A stretch of 64,000 nt of DNA from Eledone cirrhosa (taxonomy: Eukaryota), in contig OZ024741.1 of assembly GCA_964016885.1 (NCBI GenBank), forward strand, positions 157,232,001 to 157,296,000, given 5' to 3'. Position 1 is the first letter of the stretch, and every line of letters starts with the position of its first letter. Shown here piece by piece: positions 11,696-23,215 of this stretch. The notes below the pieces were generated by a model. The model saw only the letters and a program-made list of their open reading frames with translations. It had not been told where the DNA came from and searched no databases. Position numbers and translations under genes: made by a program.

Positions 11696-13355
11696 TCATC
11701 ATCATCATCATCGTTTAATGTCCATCTTCCACGCTAACATGGGTTTGGATGGGAGTTTTCCCACTTTAGGCAACATTGGTTGTCTTGCTCGTATAGGACT
11801 GTCTGGCGGGTTTTCTATGGCTGGATGCCCTTCCTAACACCAACCACGTTTACAGTGTGGACTGGGAGGTTTTTACCATGTTACCTACACGGCCACATTA
11901 CAGCGTGGACTGTGTGTTTTTTTGTCGTGACACCTACACGACCTTTACATAACTTTACATTGAAAGAGGTGGTGTGGATGGGGTGGGCGTAGTGGGGCCG
12001 GGGTGTATTTTTGTTAGAGGTGCCTACTGACTGTAGGTTTCGCTTTGTACTTAGGCAAGGCGGCTCTTCTGTATTACTGTGTAGCGCCAAAGATCTCGGT
12101 CAAGTGACATTGTCTTGGAGAGGTGTAAGTGTGTGAGGTCGGAATTTAGCAAGTCGTCCCAGGTTTTTCTGGGTCTGCCTACTCCGTGGCTACCGTCTAT
12201 TTTTATCGCCCTGCACTTTTTTATACAGCTGTCGTCTTTCATACGCATCACGTGACCATACCAACGTAGTCTTCTCTCAATTAAACAACATCTGATCCCT
12301 CTTATTCCTAATTTCTCCCTTAGTTCGTTTATGCTTTGCCGTTCACGTATATTACTATTACACATCCAGCAGATCATGCAAGCTTCGTTCCTCTCCAGTC
12401 TGCGTATATCCTCTGCACACAATGCCCAGGTCTCACTGCCATGTAACATTGCTGTTCGTATGCAGGCATCATACAGCCTGCCTTTCATTTTTAGAGAGAA
12501 CCCTTTAGCGGCTAATAGTGGTATAAGCTCTCTGAACTTTTTCCATCCCGTTCTGACTCTAGCTACTGTACTTTCAGAGCACCCTCCCCCACTTGCTGAT
12601 TTTGTCACCCAGGTAACGGAAGGTGTCCACTATTTCTATAGAACCATCTGTGCAATGGAATGAGCTAGTATTCTGTGGGCACTTGCTGCTACTTATTGCA
12701 CCAGAGCACCGGCCACATATAAAATCTATATTCTTAGTTAGCTTACCTGTGATCCCACTACATCTTTTATGCACCCATACTTTGCATTTGGGACATAAAA
12801 TGGAGTTTCTGCCTACTTCTTTCCTACACACTGAGCATGGCCATTTCCCAGATGGGACCGGTGCCCTATTTTCCTTCCTACAAACTAGAACTTTAGTCTT
12901 AGACAAGTTAACTTTAAGGCCTTTTGATTCTAGGCCATGCTTCCATGTTTGGAATTTCTTCTCTAGTTCAGCCATTGATTCAGCTATGAGCATTAGATCA
13001 TCTGCATATAGGAGTTCCCATGGGCAGCCGGTCTTGAACTCCTCTGTTATAGCCTGAAGGGTATTAATAAATAGTAGGGGGCTAAGAACGGAGCCCTGAT
13101 GAACACCAACTTTTACGCTAAACTCTTCACTATATTCGTTGTTAATTCTAACTCTGCTGACTGTTTCTTTATACATGGCTTGTATAGCTCTCTCAAACCA
13201 TTCATCAACACCTAGTTTTCTAAGGGCCCACCAGATAATGGAGTGGAAGACACTGTTAAAGGCTTTCTCCAAGTCAACAAAAGCTAAGTAGAGGGGTTTA
13301 CTTTTAGCTAGGTACTTCTATAGTTGTCGCACAATGAAAAGAGCGTCTGTGGTAC
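11696..13355 (-). mobile_element. RTE-clade LINE, 5'-truncated, with a PHD-like finger after the RT domain and a (GAT)n tail
   Basis: ORF 12574..13272 has DLEKAF, GVHQGSVLSPLLF, LLYADDL and C-x2-C...C-x2-C-x4-H-x2-C...C-x2-C. ORF 12051..12608 has RLRWYGHV and GRPRKTW. One frameshift at ~12595. Confidence 0.92.
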
Positions 13356-13460
13356 TTATACACTAGATATACTATACATTATACACTAGATATACTATAC
13401 ATTATACACTAGATATACTATGCATATACACTAGATATACTATGCATTATATACTAGATA

Positions 13461-14375
13461 TCAGCAGTGGTGGAGGGTGCTCTGAAAGTACAGTAGCTAG
13501 AGTCAGAACGGGATGGAAAAAGTTCAGAGAGCTTATACCACTATTGGCCGCTAAACGGTTCTCTCTAAAAATGAAAGGCAGGCTGTATGATGCCTGCATA
13601 CGAACAGCAATGTTGCATGGCAGTGTGACCTGGGCATTGTGTGCAGAGGATATACGCAGACTGGAGAGGAACGAAGCTTGCATGCTCCGCTGGATGTGTA
13701 ATAGTAATATACGTGAACGGCAAAGCATAAACGAACTAAGGGAGAAATCAGAGGCTGTTTACTCGAGAGAAGGCTACGTTGGTATGGTCACGTGATGCGC
13801 ATGAAAGACAACAGATGTATAAAAAAGTGCAGGGCGATAAAAATAGACAGTAGCCACGGAGTAGGCAGACCCAGAAAAACCTGGGACGACTTGCTAATTT
13901 CAGACCTCACACACTTACACCTCTCCAAGACAATGTCACTTAACCGAGATCTTTGGCGCTACACAGTAATACAGAAGACCCGCCTTGCCTAAGTACAAAG
14001 CGAAACCTACAGTCAGTAGGCACCTCTAACAAAAATACACCCCGACCCCACTACCCCCACCCCATCCACACCACCCCTTCCAATGTAAAGTTATGTTGGT
14101 ACCACAACATCCAGTCCGAAACAAATGAGGTCGTGTAGGTGTCACGACAATAAAACACACAGTCCACGCTGTAATGTGGCCGTGTAGGTAACACGGTAAA
14201 AACCTCCCAGTCCACACTGTAAACGTTGTTGGTGTTAGGAAGGGCATCCAGCCGTAGAAAACCTGCCAGACAGTCCTATACGAGCAGGACAACAAATCTT
14301 GCCTCAAGTGGGAAAACTCCCGTCCAAACCCATGCAGGCGTGGAAGATGGACGTTAAACGATGATGATGATGATA
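13461..14375 (+). mobile_element. Second, shorter copy of the same RTE LINE in the opposite orientation
   Basis: ORFs 13442..13795 and 13792..13992 nearly duplicate ORF 12051..12608. Ends in GATGATGATGA. Confidence 0.92.
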
Positions 14376-15039
14376 TATGCTTTATACACTAGAGATACTA
14401 TGCATTATGCACTAGATATACTATACATTATATACTAGCTATACTATGCATTATACACTAGATATATTATGCATTATACACTTGATGTATTATGCATTAT
14501 ACACTAGATATATTATGCATTATACACTAGATATATTATGCATTATACACTAGATATATTATGCATTATACACTAGATGTATTATGCATTATACACCAGA
14601 TGTATTATGCATTATACACTAGATGTATTATGCATTATACACCAGATGTATTATGCATTATACACTAGATGTATTATGCATTATACACTAGATATATTAT
14701 GCATTATACACTAGATGTATTATGCATTATACACTAGATATATTATGCATTATACACCAGATGTATTATGCATTATACACTAGATGTATTATGCATTATA
14801 CACCAGATGTATTATGCATTATACACTAGATGTATTATGCATTATACACTAGATATATTATGCATTATACTCTAGATGTATTATGCATTATACACTAGAT
14901 GTATTATGCATTATACACTAGATGTATTATGCATTATATACTAGATATACTATGTATTATACACTAGATATACTAACATGGACTAACATTCTGTTCAGAG
15001 TGTTGTCTTTTATTCTTAGTTGTGAATACTCTCCATCAG

Positions 15040-15905
15040 GCATCTACTATACTCTGAGGGCCTTGCTTCCCTGAGCATGGATACATTAAAGCTCTGATGT
15101 TTGCCAACTGACTTAGTAGACACCCACAAGATTATTAACCATTTTCCAACAACAATCCTGAGTACCTTTTTGAGTTCCATATTTGGAGGCACATGGCTTA
15201 TTGGTTAGAGCATTGGCCTTGCAATCGAAAGGTTGTGAGTTCAATTCTCAGACCGGGTGATGTGTTGTTTCCTTGAGCAAGACACTTCATTTCACGTTGC
15301 TCCAGTTTACTCAGCTGTAGAAATGAGATGGGACCCTAGTCCCTATCATTCCACTGTAAAGTGGTCGTGGAGGTGCCACGGCAAAAAAGCACCCAGCACT
15401 CACTGTAAATGAGGTTGGTGTTAGGAAGGGCATCCAGCTGTAGAAATCAAGCCAGAATCAGTTCCCGTCCCACCCTTGCAAGCAGGGAAAAAGCGGACGT
15501 AAAATGAAATGATGAAATGATGATGATTTCTAGCACCCGTGGACATGCTTACAAAATCAGAAAACATTACAGATCCCATGACTTTCAGAAACATGTTTTC
15601 ACACTCAGGGTAGCTGAGCATGGAACTAACTATCTGCATCAGTTGTTAACTGTCAGGATACTGCATCCTTCAAAACTTCCATGCTTCCCAAAATTCACCA
15701 ACACTACACCTCATATTCCCCCTCCATACACACGCATGCATGTGTGTCACTGTGTATATCATGACTCATACACTGTTAACTTTCCTGATATTTGTACATC
15801 ATTCTATGTACTATACATGCACCTTTGAGGAGTTGTAGTGCTATTCTTCTTCCTGACTAAACAATAAAGACAAAAAGAAAAATGTTGACAATAATTTTCA
15901 TTATT
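15040..15905 (+). mobile_element. CR1 3' fragment interrupted by a SINE (15185-15527)
   Basis: Homologous to the CR1 at 9417-10830 on both sides of a tRNA-headed, (GAT)n-tailed SINE. Confidence 0.75.
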
Positions 15906-16320
15906 TTTTTATTTTTTCATTAACACCTATGAAACTCCAGTTTGATGAGCCTCTGGGCTTGGGACAGACTTTATAGATTTGCTTATGAGTTGGATTGATC
16001 TTGTTCAACACAGCATGTAAGCACACAAGTGACATGTGGTGATGACCTTTTTGTTACCAAACCGTGTGAAGCATTCCTAGTTCTATGATATGAAGCTGAA
16101 TATTTTAAAGTGTAGATATTTATTTTAAAACTTTCCATTATAATTTTATTTAAGAAGTTTTGTTAAATTATTTTCCAAACACCAACCTATTAATGAGAAA
16201 GTTAGTTATGTTAGTAAATCTTTAAAAATTTCTGATTTATTCTAAAAATTGTTTGTTTTATCAGTGGCAGCAGTGATAATTGTGGTGATATTTGTTATGG
16301 TTACTTGTTTGGTTTTTCAG

Positions 16321-16415
16321 GAAACTTTCTCAGCTGAGCAAGAAGAAGAAGAAGGAATCTTCTAAGGAAAAGAAGTCAAAGAAACATAAACATTCAAAAG
16401 ATGTTGAGAAAACTG
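16321..16415 (+). CDS. CIR1: CIR1 internal coding exon (Lys-rich)
   Basis: Acceptor gtttttcag and donor gtaagt. Phase 2 in, phase 1 out. Encodes KLSQLSKKKKKESSKEKKSKKHKHSKDVEKT. Confidence 0.85.
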
Positions 16416-17575
16416 GTAAGTTGATTCTCTCTACTGGAATTGGCCAGTAGAATACTTTCTGCTTTTTCTTTTGAGTTCAGATCCCACCATGGCCTAATAA
16501 AGTGGTGGATTTAACATCCATTGTCTGACTTACGACCACCATTTGACTATTGAGTGCCTTTAGCAGAGTCCAAAGATTTAAATCTGGGGTCTGGTTTAAC
16601 AATACCTTCCTCTTCATATCTCACTAGTCCTTGAAAAGAGTTATAAGTGCTATTCTTCTTCCTGACTAAACAATAAAGACAAAAAGAAAAATGTTGACCG
16701 AGTTGGTTCTTATTGGAAGTTACTGATGACGTGTATCTATTTAATTTAGTTTTTCTTGGATATTTTTTCCAATATTTCTCTTTAAAAATTGGCTGCAGTA
16801 CTGCAAAACCCTTGAAGGACCATTTGTAGGAGGTAACTAAAAGGGTTGGTGCTATGATGAGCATCCAGTTGTAAAAAATTGCTAACAGAATCCCATGAGA
16901 CTTTGCAAGCCTAACTATCCCCTGCTACAGCAGAGAAAATGGCCTTAAAATGTTAGAAAAATGATCTTTTTTTACAGTTATTTGTTTTACTTAAATGCAC
17001 CCAGTATACACTTTAAAGTGATTGGTGTTAGGAATGGCAACCAGTCATAGAACATTTGCCAAAAGTAATGGAGAAGTCTTTACTTGTGCCAAGGTCATAA
17101 CAACCTTCTTAGTGCTGGTACCATGATAAAATGCACTCAATGCACTCTGTAATGTTAAGAAGAGCATCAAACTCTAGAAAGCTTGTTAAGTAAAAGGTTG
17201 AGAGAGCCCTTCGATTGTGTCGAGCACAACAACCTCTGAGTTTTTAATACACCCAGTACACTCTGTTAAGTGATTGGTAATATGAAGGGCATCAGGCCAT
17301 AGAAAACTTGCCAAACAAAGAGATGAAAAGGATAACAATAGCATTTGCAAGACATTCTTGAAAACTATAAAATAGCCCTATGACAGCATATTAGAAATTA
17401 AAGTCTTTACTCCAATACTGCAAATTTTTGCAATGTATCCAGTAGTAAAGATAGTATAAACATTTAAATTAACAAACCTATTTTTAGACATCTGTTAAAT
17501 CATTACAGGTTGTTAAGAATTAAACAATGATGAAGATAATTAATTATTTTCCCCTTGTTTTTGTTTTATTTCCAG

Positions 17576-18588
17576 AAGAGAAATCTTCCAGTCACCACAA
17601 GAAGAAGAAAAAAGAGAAGGAAAAATCTGATCATTCTAAGAAAGACAGAACAAATAAACACAGTAAAAAAACAAGTGAAAGACATTCTTCAGGACCCAGT
17701 GCTGAGAAACCTCCACATAGGGTCTCTTGTTCAATAAAAGACTCTTATGATTGCCAGCCTGGGACATCCGGCATGGGCAGGGAGCAGCTGGACTCTAAAA
17801 GGACTCACTTGAAAGCCCTCCACAGTGGTGGTAGTGGTGGCAGTAGAGAAATGAAAGAAAAGGCAGAGGTGCGGTATAGAGACCATAGTAGTAGTAGTAG
17901 TAGTAGCAGCAGCAGCAGTAGTAGTAGTAGATGTAGCAGTAGTGGTGGTAATAAGACCAGAGGTCAAAGACCTCAGGAGGTTCATGAAGGGCGACAGAGG
18001 AGACGACGAGAGTCTAGTGAAGAGAGCAGCAAGTCAAGTGAAAGGAGAAAGCAAAGTAGTGAATCGAGTGATAGTAGCAGCAAGAGTCACTCTGAAGAGA
18101 GGATTAGACAAAGTAGACCTAATGAGAGGAATAGGCAGAGCATTAAATCTAATGAGAGGAATAGACAGAGGAGTAGATCTAATGATAGGGATAGACATGG
18201 GAGTGGAGCTCATGAGAGGAATAGACAGAGGAGTAGATCTAATGATGGGAATAGACAGAGGAGTAGATCTAATGATGGGAATAGACAGAGGAGTAGATCT
18301 AATGATAGAGATAAACAGAGGAATAGGCAAAGGAGGAGTGAATCTAATGATAGAGATAAACAGAGGAATAGGCAAAGGAGGAGTGAATCTAATGAGAGGG
18401 ACGGGCAGAAGAATAGTGGATCCAGTGAGAGGAAAAGGCAGAGGTGTGGATCCAATGAGAGGGATAGGCAAAGGAAGCAATACAGTGAGACGGTCAGGCA
18501 GAGGAGTGACTATAGAGGAGATTATTACCAAGACAAAGAGAGGAATCATAGGGGTTACTCTGGGAAATCTCAGTTCCAGAGGAAATGA
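17576..18588 (+). CDS. CIR1: CIR1 terminal coding exon, Lys/Ser/Arg-rich (RS-like) low-complexity tail
   Basis: Polypyrimidine tract plus tttccag acceptor. The phase-1 join restores the frame of ORF 17527..18588 (EEKSSSHHKKKKK...QFQRK-TGA). Confidence 0.85.
18121..18480 (+). repeat. Coding minisatellite in the CIR1 last exon (30-nt and 45-nt units)
   Basis: AATGATGGGAATAGACAGAGGAGTAGATCT (NDGNRQRSRS) variants, plus two exact NDRDKQRNRQRRSES units. Confidence 0.9.
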
Positions 18589-19783
18589 TTCTTAGGGTTT
18601 GTGATCAGAAATAATTCTGAAGGAAATGATATGGTTTGGCTGCTATTTCTAGCAGGTTGAGTTTTGTGAAAAAAATTTGGTTCATTCTCATAACAAAAGA
18701 TCTCATAACCCTTCCCATACCATATTTTTGATGAAACACATTACATGTGATTTTCAAATTATTTTGAAAGTTATCGAGAATTTGGAGAGATTTTGTAATA
18801 TAACTAACTTTCTCATTATTAAGATAATATTTGGAACATAACCTTTTCATTTCTATATTTCTAAAAACAATCACTACCTGTGATTTTAAAGTAATTTTGA
18901 AAATAAGAATTTGGAGAGATTTCTCATTAAGTTGAATGAGATGTAACAAAGATTTTCACATAATATCACCATGGAAGGTTTTTAGATAAACAAAGATTTT
19001 AAACTTTTCATTACCATATTTCTAATGAAAAACACTGCCCATGATTTTCAATTAATTTTGAAAAATATCAAGAATTTGGATTGATTTTGTAATATAAACT
19101 TTCTTATTATTATGTTGGTGTTTGGACCAAAACTTAACAAAGGTTCTTACATAAAATTATGATGGAAGGTTTTTAGATAAATATAAACTTAGTATCATAG
19201 AATTAGAGGGCAAATTTGTAGCAAAAGTTTAACTAAGAAATAGAGACATAGTTAGTAGGACATGACATTCAATGGGCCATCTGTCTGAGACATAGTTAGT
19301 AGGACATGACATTCAATTAGGTCTCTTATAATACAAAATATATACAAGAAAATGTACAACAATAAATAATGTAAAATATTTTTCAACCTGGCTTAACTTC
19401 GATTATTCAGGATTAAAAATGATAAAGATTTGATTAATAAATGATATTTAATGTTAGTGTTGCATTGATTTTTTTAATGTTATGTTTACTCATTAAAACT
19501 CATGTTCTGTGTCCATTCTGCAGTGCAACCAGCATATTACATATCATTGTTTAGAAATTTCTCTACAAGAGAAAGCTATATGAAAATTATAAGATTTAGA
19601 TGATAGGTGACTACGCATATGTCTGTGTATATACATATATACATTTCATATATATATTGATTGTCATCATCATCATCAATTTAACGGCTGTCTTCCACCC
19701 TAGCATGGGTTAGACAGGTTTGTCCCATTTGAGGCAAGTTTGGTTGGGTGACTGTGTCTAGCTTGTATCGGACTATATATATA

Positions 19784-20177
19784 TACAGTGGTACCTCGCA
19801 GTACAAAATTAATTCATTCCATGACCGAGCTTGTTTTACAAATCAATTTTCCCCATTGAAATTAATTAAAATATAGTTAATCCGTTCCAGCCCCCAAAAA
19901 TCATTTTTTATGGGTTTTAAAACAAAAAAGGTGCAGTTACTAGGAAAATGAGAATAGGGATGCTGTCACAACTAGATAAACACGTGAACTGAACGACCGA
20001 AAGCTACACTTGTTGGGAGCGTGTGTGAGCTCAGTGTCAACTAGCAGTCGCTTATATGAAATTCACTCATACTGCGGATTTCCTCTTGTACTACAAGAAG
20101 ACAGATTCGCATGAGCCTCAGCTTGTACAGCAAATTACTCGTACAATGGGGCACTCACACTGCGAGGTTCTACTGTA
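19784..20177. mobile_element. Tigger/pogo-type MITE
   Basis: TA-CAGTGGTACCTCGCAGT ... ACTGCGAGGTTCTACTG-TA terminal inverted repeats. Confidence 0.8.
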
Positions 20178-20189
20178 TATATATATATA

Positions 20190-20560
20190 TTGTGAAAGAA
20201 TGAAGAATAACATGGTCGGCTGTACAAAAAGGGTTTATTTACAGTATTAACAATTGTTTCATTAATCAGGTGAGTCTAAAAGCCGCTGATTGCTAAAAAT
20301 TACGTCACTCAACCTTAATTACAGTATTTGCCTGATCAAATCATCGGAATTTCTATATTAGATTATATGTATATATAATCTAATATAGAAATTGCTTCTA
20401 CAGGACTAGAACTGTTTAATTTGTAAGAAATGATGATTTCTTACAAATGAAACCGTTCTAGTCCTGTAGAAGCCATTTCTATATTAAATTTTGTATATCT
20501 TCTACTAATGTATTGAGTGCTTCATTTACTGTGGTTACCCCCGATTGAACCCGAGACATA
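20190..20560. mobile_element. Penelope-like pLTR remnants forming nested hairpins
   Basis: TA-flanked. The - strand reads CCGATGA-ttgatcagg...cctgattaa-t-GAAA-caattg-TT, a hammerhead-like motif. Adjacent hairpins at 20348-20393 and 20382-20487. Confidence 0.5.
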
Positions 20561-20644
20561 TATATATGTCTGCAAGAGAGGAGAATATGATGCCTGTGGA
20601 GGATCACAGCTGCATAAAAAAGTAAAGGGCACTCAAAGTTGATG

Positions 20645-20890
20645 GAAACTATGCATCAGTTAGCTGTCAGGATACTGCAACCTTCAAAACTGCCATGCTT
20701 CCCGAAATTCACTTACACTGCACCTGATATTTCCCCTCCATACCCACACACGCATTTGTGTGTGTGTATATGCCTCATACACTGTTCACTTTCCTGACAT
20801 TTGTACATTATCGTATGTACTATACATGCACTTTTGATGAATTGTAGTGCACCTGAGCATTATACACAATAACTTACTTTATTATTATTA
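20645..20890 (+). mobile_element. CR1 3' end fragment
   Basis: Matches the 3' UTR and (ATT)n tail of the other CR1 copies. Confidence 0.75.
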
Positions 20891-21230
20891 TGTTGGGAGA
20901 AAGTTTAAAAAAACAATGAAAACAGTAGAAAGAGAAGAAATGCAAAGGGCAGTATTTTAAATGCAAGACAGAGTATAAGAAGATCTAGGAAAGCTTAGGA
21001 TGATGTAGTAAAAGCTGCCCTTGCACAGTTAAACATCTCAAAGGAGATGATGCAAAATAGAGTTTTGTTGTAATATAGTATACTACTACAGAAAACCCTA
21101 AGAAAGTTTAATCTGCAGGAATCTCTACCATGTTAAGACTCACCCATCCTCTCTTCCCGCTCATTATCTAAGTACCTTACATTAGACAACCCTCTACCCC
21201 CATCCTGCATACACACTGCCACCTCATTAT

Positions 21231-22275
21231 TTAAGTATCCCGCCTTTGTCTTCCCTCACTCACTTTCACCATCTCCACTCCAGCTCCTAGAATTGAACCT
21301 TGAACTTCTACCTTTACCTTGAATTCCTCACTAAACTCATTACCAACTGTCACTTTACTGACAGCTACTCTGTACATAGCTTGCACTGCTCTCATAAGCC
21401 ATTTTCTACATCTAGTTTCCTTAAGGACCACCAAAGGCTAAATAAAGAGGTTTATTAGCTGGAAACTTCTCTTGTAGTTGTCTCACTAAGAGAGCATTTG
21501 CAGTATGCTGCCTTGACATAGAACTGACCTGCATCTCATCTAATTTCACTCTTTCCTTGATTAGTTGTGCTAGAACTCTTTCATAACTTGGTCTATTAGT
21601 TTTATTCCTCTGTAGTTGCTCCTTTCTAGAACATCTTTTCCCATGTAGCAATTAATGGGTCTCCTGCTATGCCAGTCATTGGCTGTGACATGTCCTGTAT
21701 TACCTGATTGACTATGTGATTAACTAATTCAGTTCCTACTTGTCTCAATGCTTTTGCCATCTCAGTGACTATCTCTGATGGTCCAATGAATTTACTATTC
21801 TTGATTTTGATTGCTTCTTTGACCCTTTAACTGTCTATTTCGATCGCTGAGCCCTCTGTTGAATCAGCTGAGGGTAGTCTCTCTTCCTATTCATTCTCCA
21901 CATTCATTAGCCTCTCACAGTAGCGTTTTCAGGACTTTCTTTTAAGCGTCAGTAATGCTAAGTACACCAGTGTCATTTTGAACACACTTTTCCCTAATAT
22001 CCTGATTCACACTAACATACTGCTTTGCCATGTGGAACACCTCGCATTGCAGTCATTGGCAAAACTCTTTCATTCAGCCTCTTTGCATGCTATAAGTATT
22101 TGTTATCTAGCTCCTCTTTTAGCTACCTGGTACTGGTCTCTGCTACCCCCATTGTTTCAGTCTTTCCACATCTATATCTTGGCTTTAATTTCTCTATTCA
22201 TCGTGCTGTTCTACTACCTAGTCATCCTCTCAATGGTTGGTGCTTTGCTCTAACCACAGGTCTTTTCGGTAGTCT
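21231..22275 (-). mobile_element. Old RTE LINE fragment (RT region)
   Basis: Frames give WLMRAVQAMY..SKVTVGNEFSEEFKVKV and RQLQEK..NKPLYLAF, homologous to 11696-13355. Confidence 0.75.
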
Positions 22276-22284
22276 GTTGTAGGT

Positions 22285-23215
22285 TATAATATGATGAAAT
22301 TATTGTGTAAAGTGCTCAGGTGCACTGCAACTCGTCAAAGGTGTATGTATAGTACATAGAATAATATACAAATGTCAGGGAAGTGAAGAGTGTATGAGTC
22401 ATGATATACATATGTGTATGTGTATGGAGGGGGAACATTAGGTGTAGTGTTGGCGGATCTCGGGAAGCATGGAGGTTTTAAAGGATGCAGTGTCTCGACA
22501 GCTAACAACTGGTGCAGGTAGTTTGTTCCATGCTTCAGCAACTCTGAGCGTGAAAAAATGTTTCCGAAAGTCCTGGGAGCTGTGCTGTTTTCTGACTTTG
22601 TGGACATGTCCACATGTGTTAGACACATGGAAATCAAAAAGGTACTCAGGGTTGTTGTTGGTAAGATGGTTAACAATTTTGTGGGTATTTACCAAGTCAG
22701 TTGCCAGGCGTCGGAGCTTCAATGTATCCATGCCCAGGGAAGCAAGGCGTTCAGAGTATGGTAGATGCCTGATGGAGGGTATTCGCTTGGTTGCACGTCT
22801 CTGAACAGTTTCCAGGCGGTCAATGTTCTGAGCAAGATAGAGTTCCAGACTGGTGATGCAAATTCTAAGTGTGGTCGCACCATAGCCATGTACAGCCTTA
22901 AATAGATAGCTGGAGAGTGGCTGACAAAGGTCTTGCTGAGTGATGTTAAGACACCCTCAGCCCTCTTGACAATTTTAGAGACGTGCTTCGTCCAATGCAA
23001 ATCGCTGCTGACCGTAATGCCCAGGTCACATTCACAAGAAGACTTCTTGATATTAGTGCTGTGGAGGGAGTATGTGGATGCTGGGTTTTTACTCCCAAAA
23101 TACATGGTGTTGCACTTGTCCACAGCTAGCTTGAGTTGCCAGTCTGAGATCCATTGTTGCATTGTGTCCAGGTCAGACTGCAAGCAAGATCTATAGTGTT
23201 CAGGATCTGTCTTCA
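22285..23215 (-). mobile_element. CR1 LINE, 5'-truncated, same family as 9417-10830
   Basis: ORFs 22719..23216 and 22438..22731 (LQSDLD..W, RPHLEFASPVWN, WNKLP). Confidence 0.92.

Larger units (their letters stand above)
8990..14975. repeat. ~22-nt minisatellite (TATACACTAGATATACTATGCAT variants) split into four blocks (8990-9416, 10831-11695, 13356-13460, 14376-14975) by three LINE insertions
   Basis: The same unit resumes on both sides of each LINE. Confidence 0.9.

Noticed and set aside
15185-15260. tRNA gene
   Set aside because: This A/B-box-like head continues into a SINE body, and there is no complete cloverleaf.
17942-18595. Overlapping +1-frame and antisense ORFs over the CIR1 last exon
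   Set aside because: They are explained by a purine-rich in-frame tandem repeat that lacks stop codons. The splice phase supports only the RS frame.
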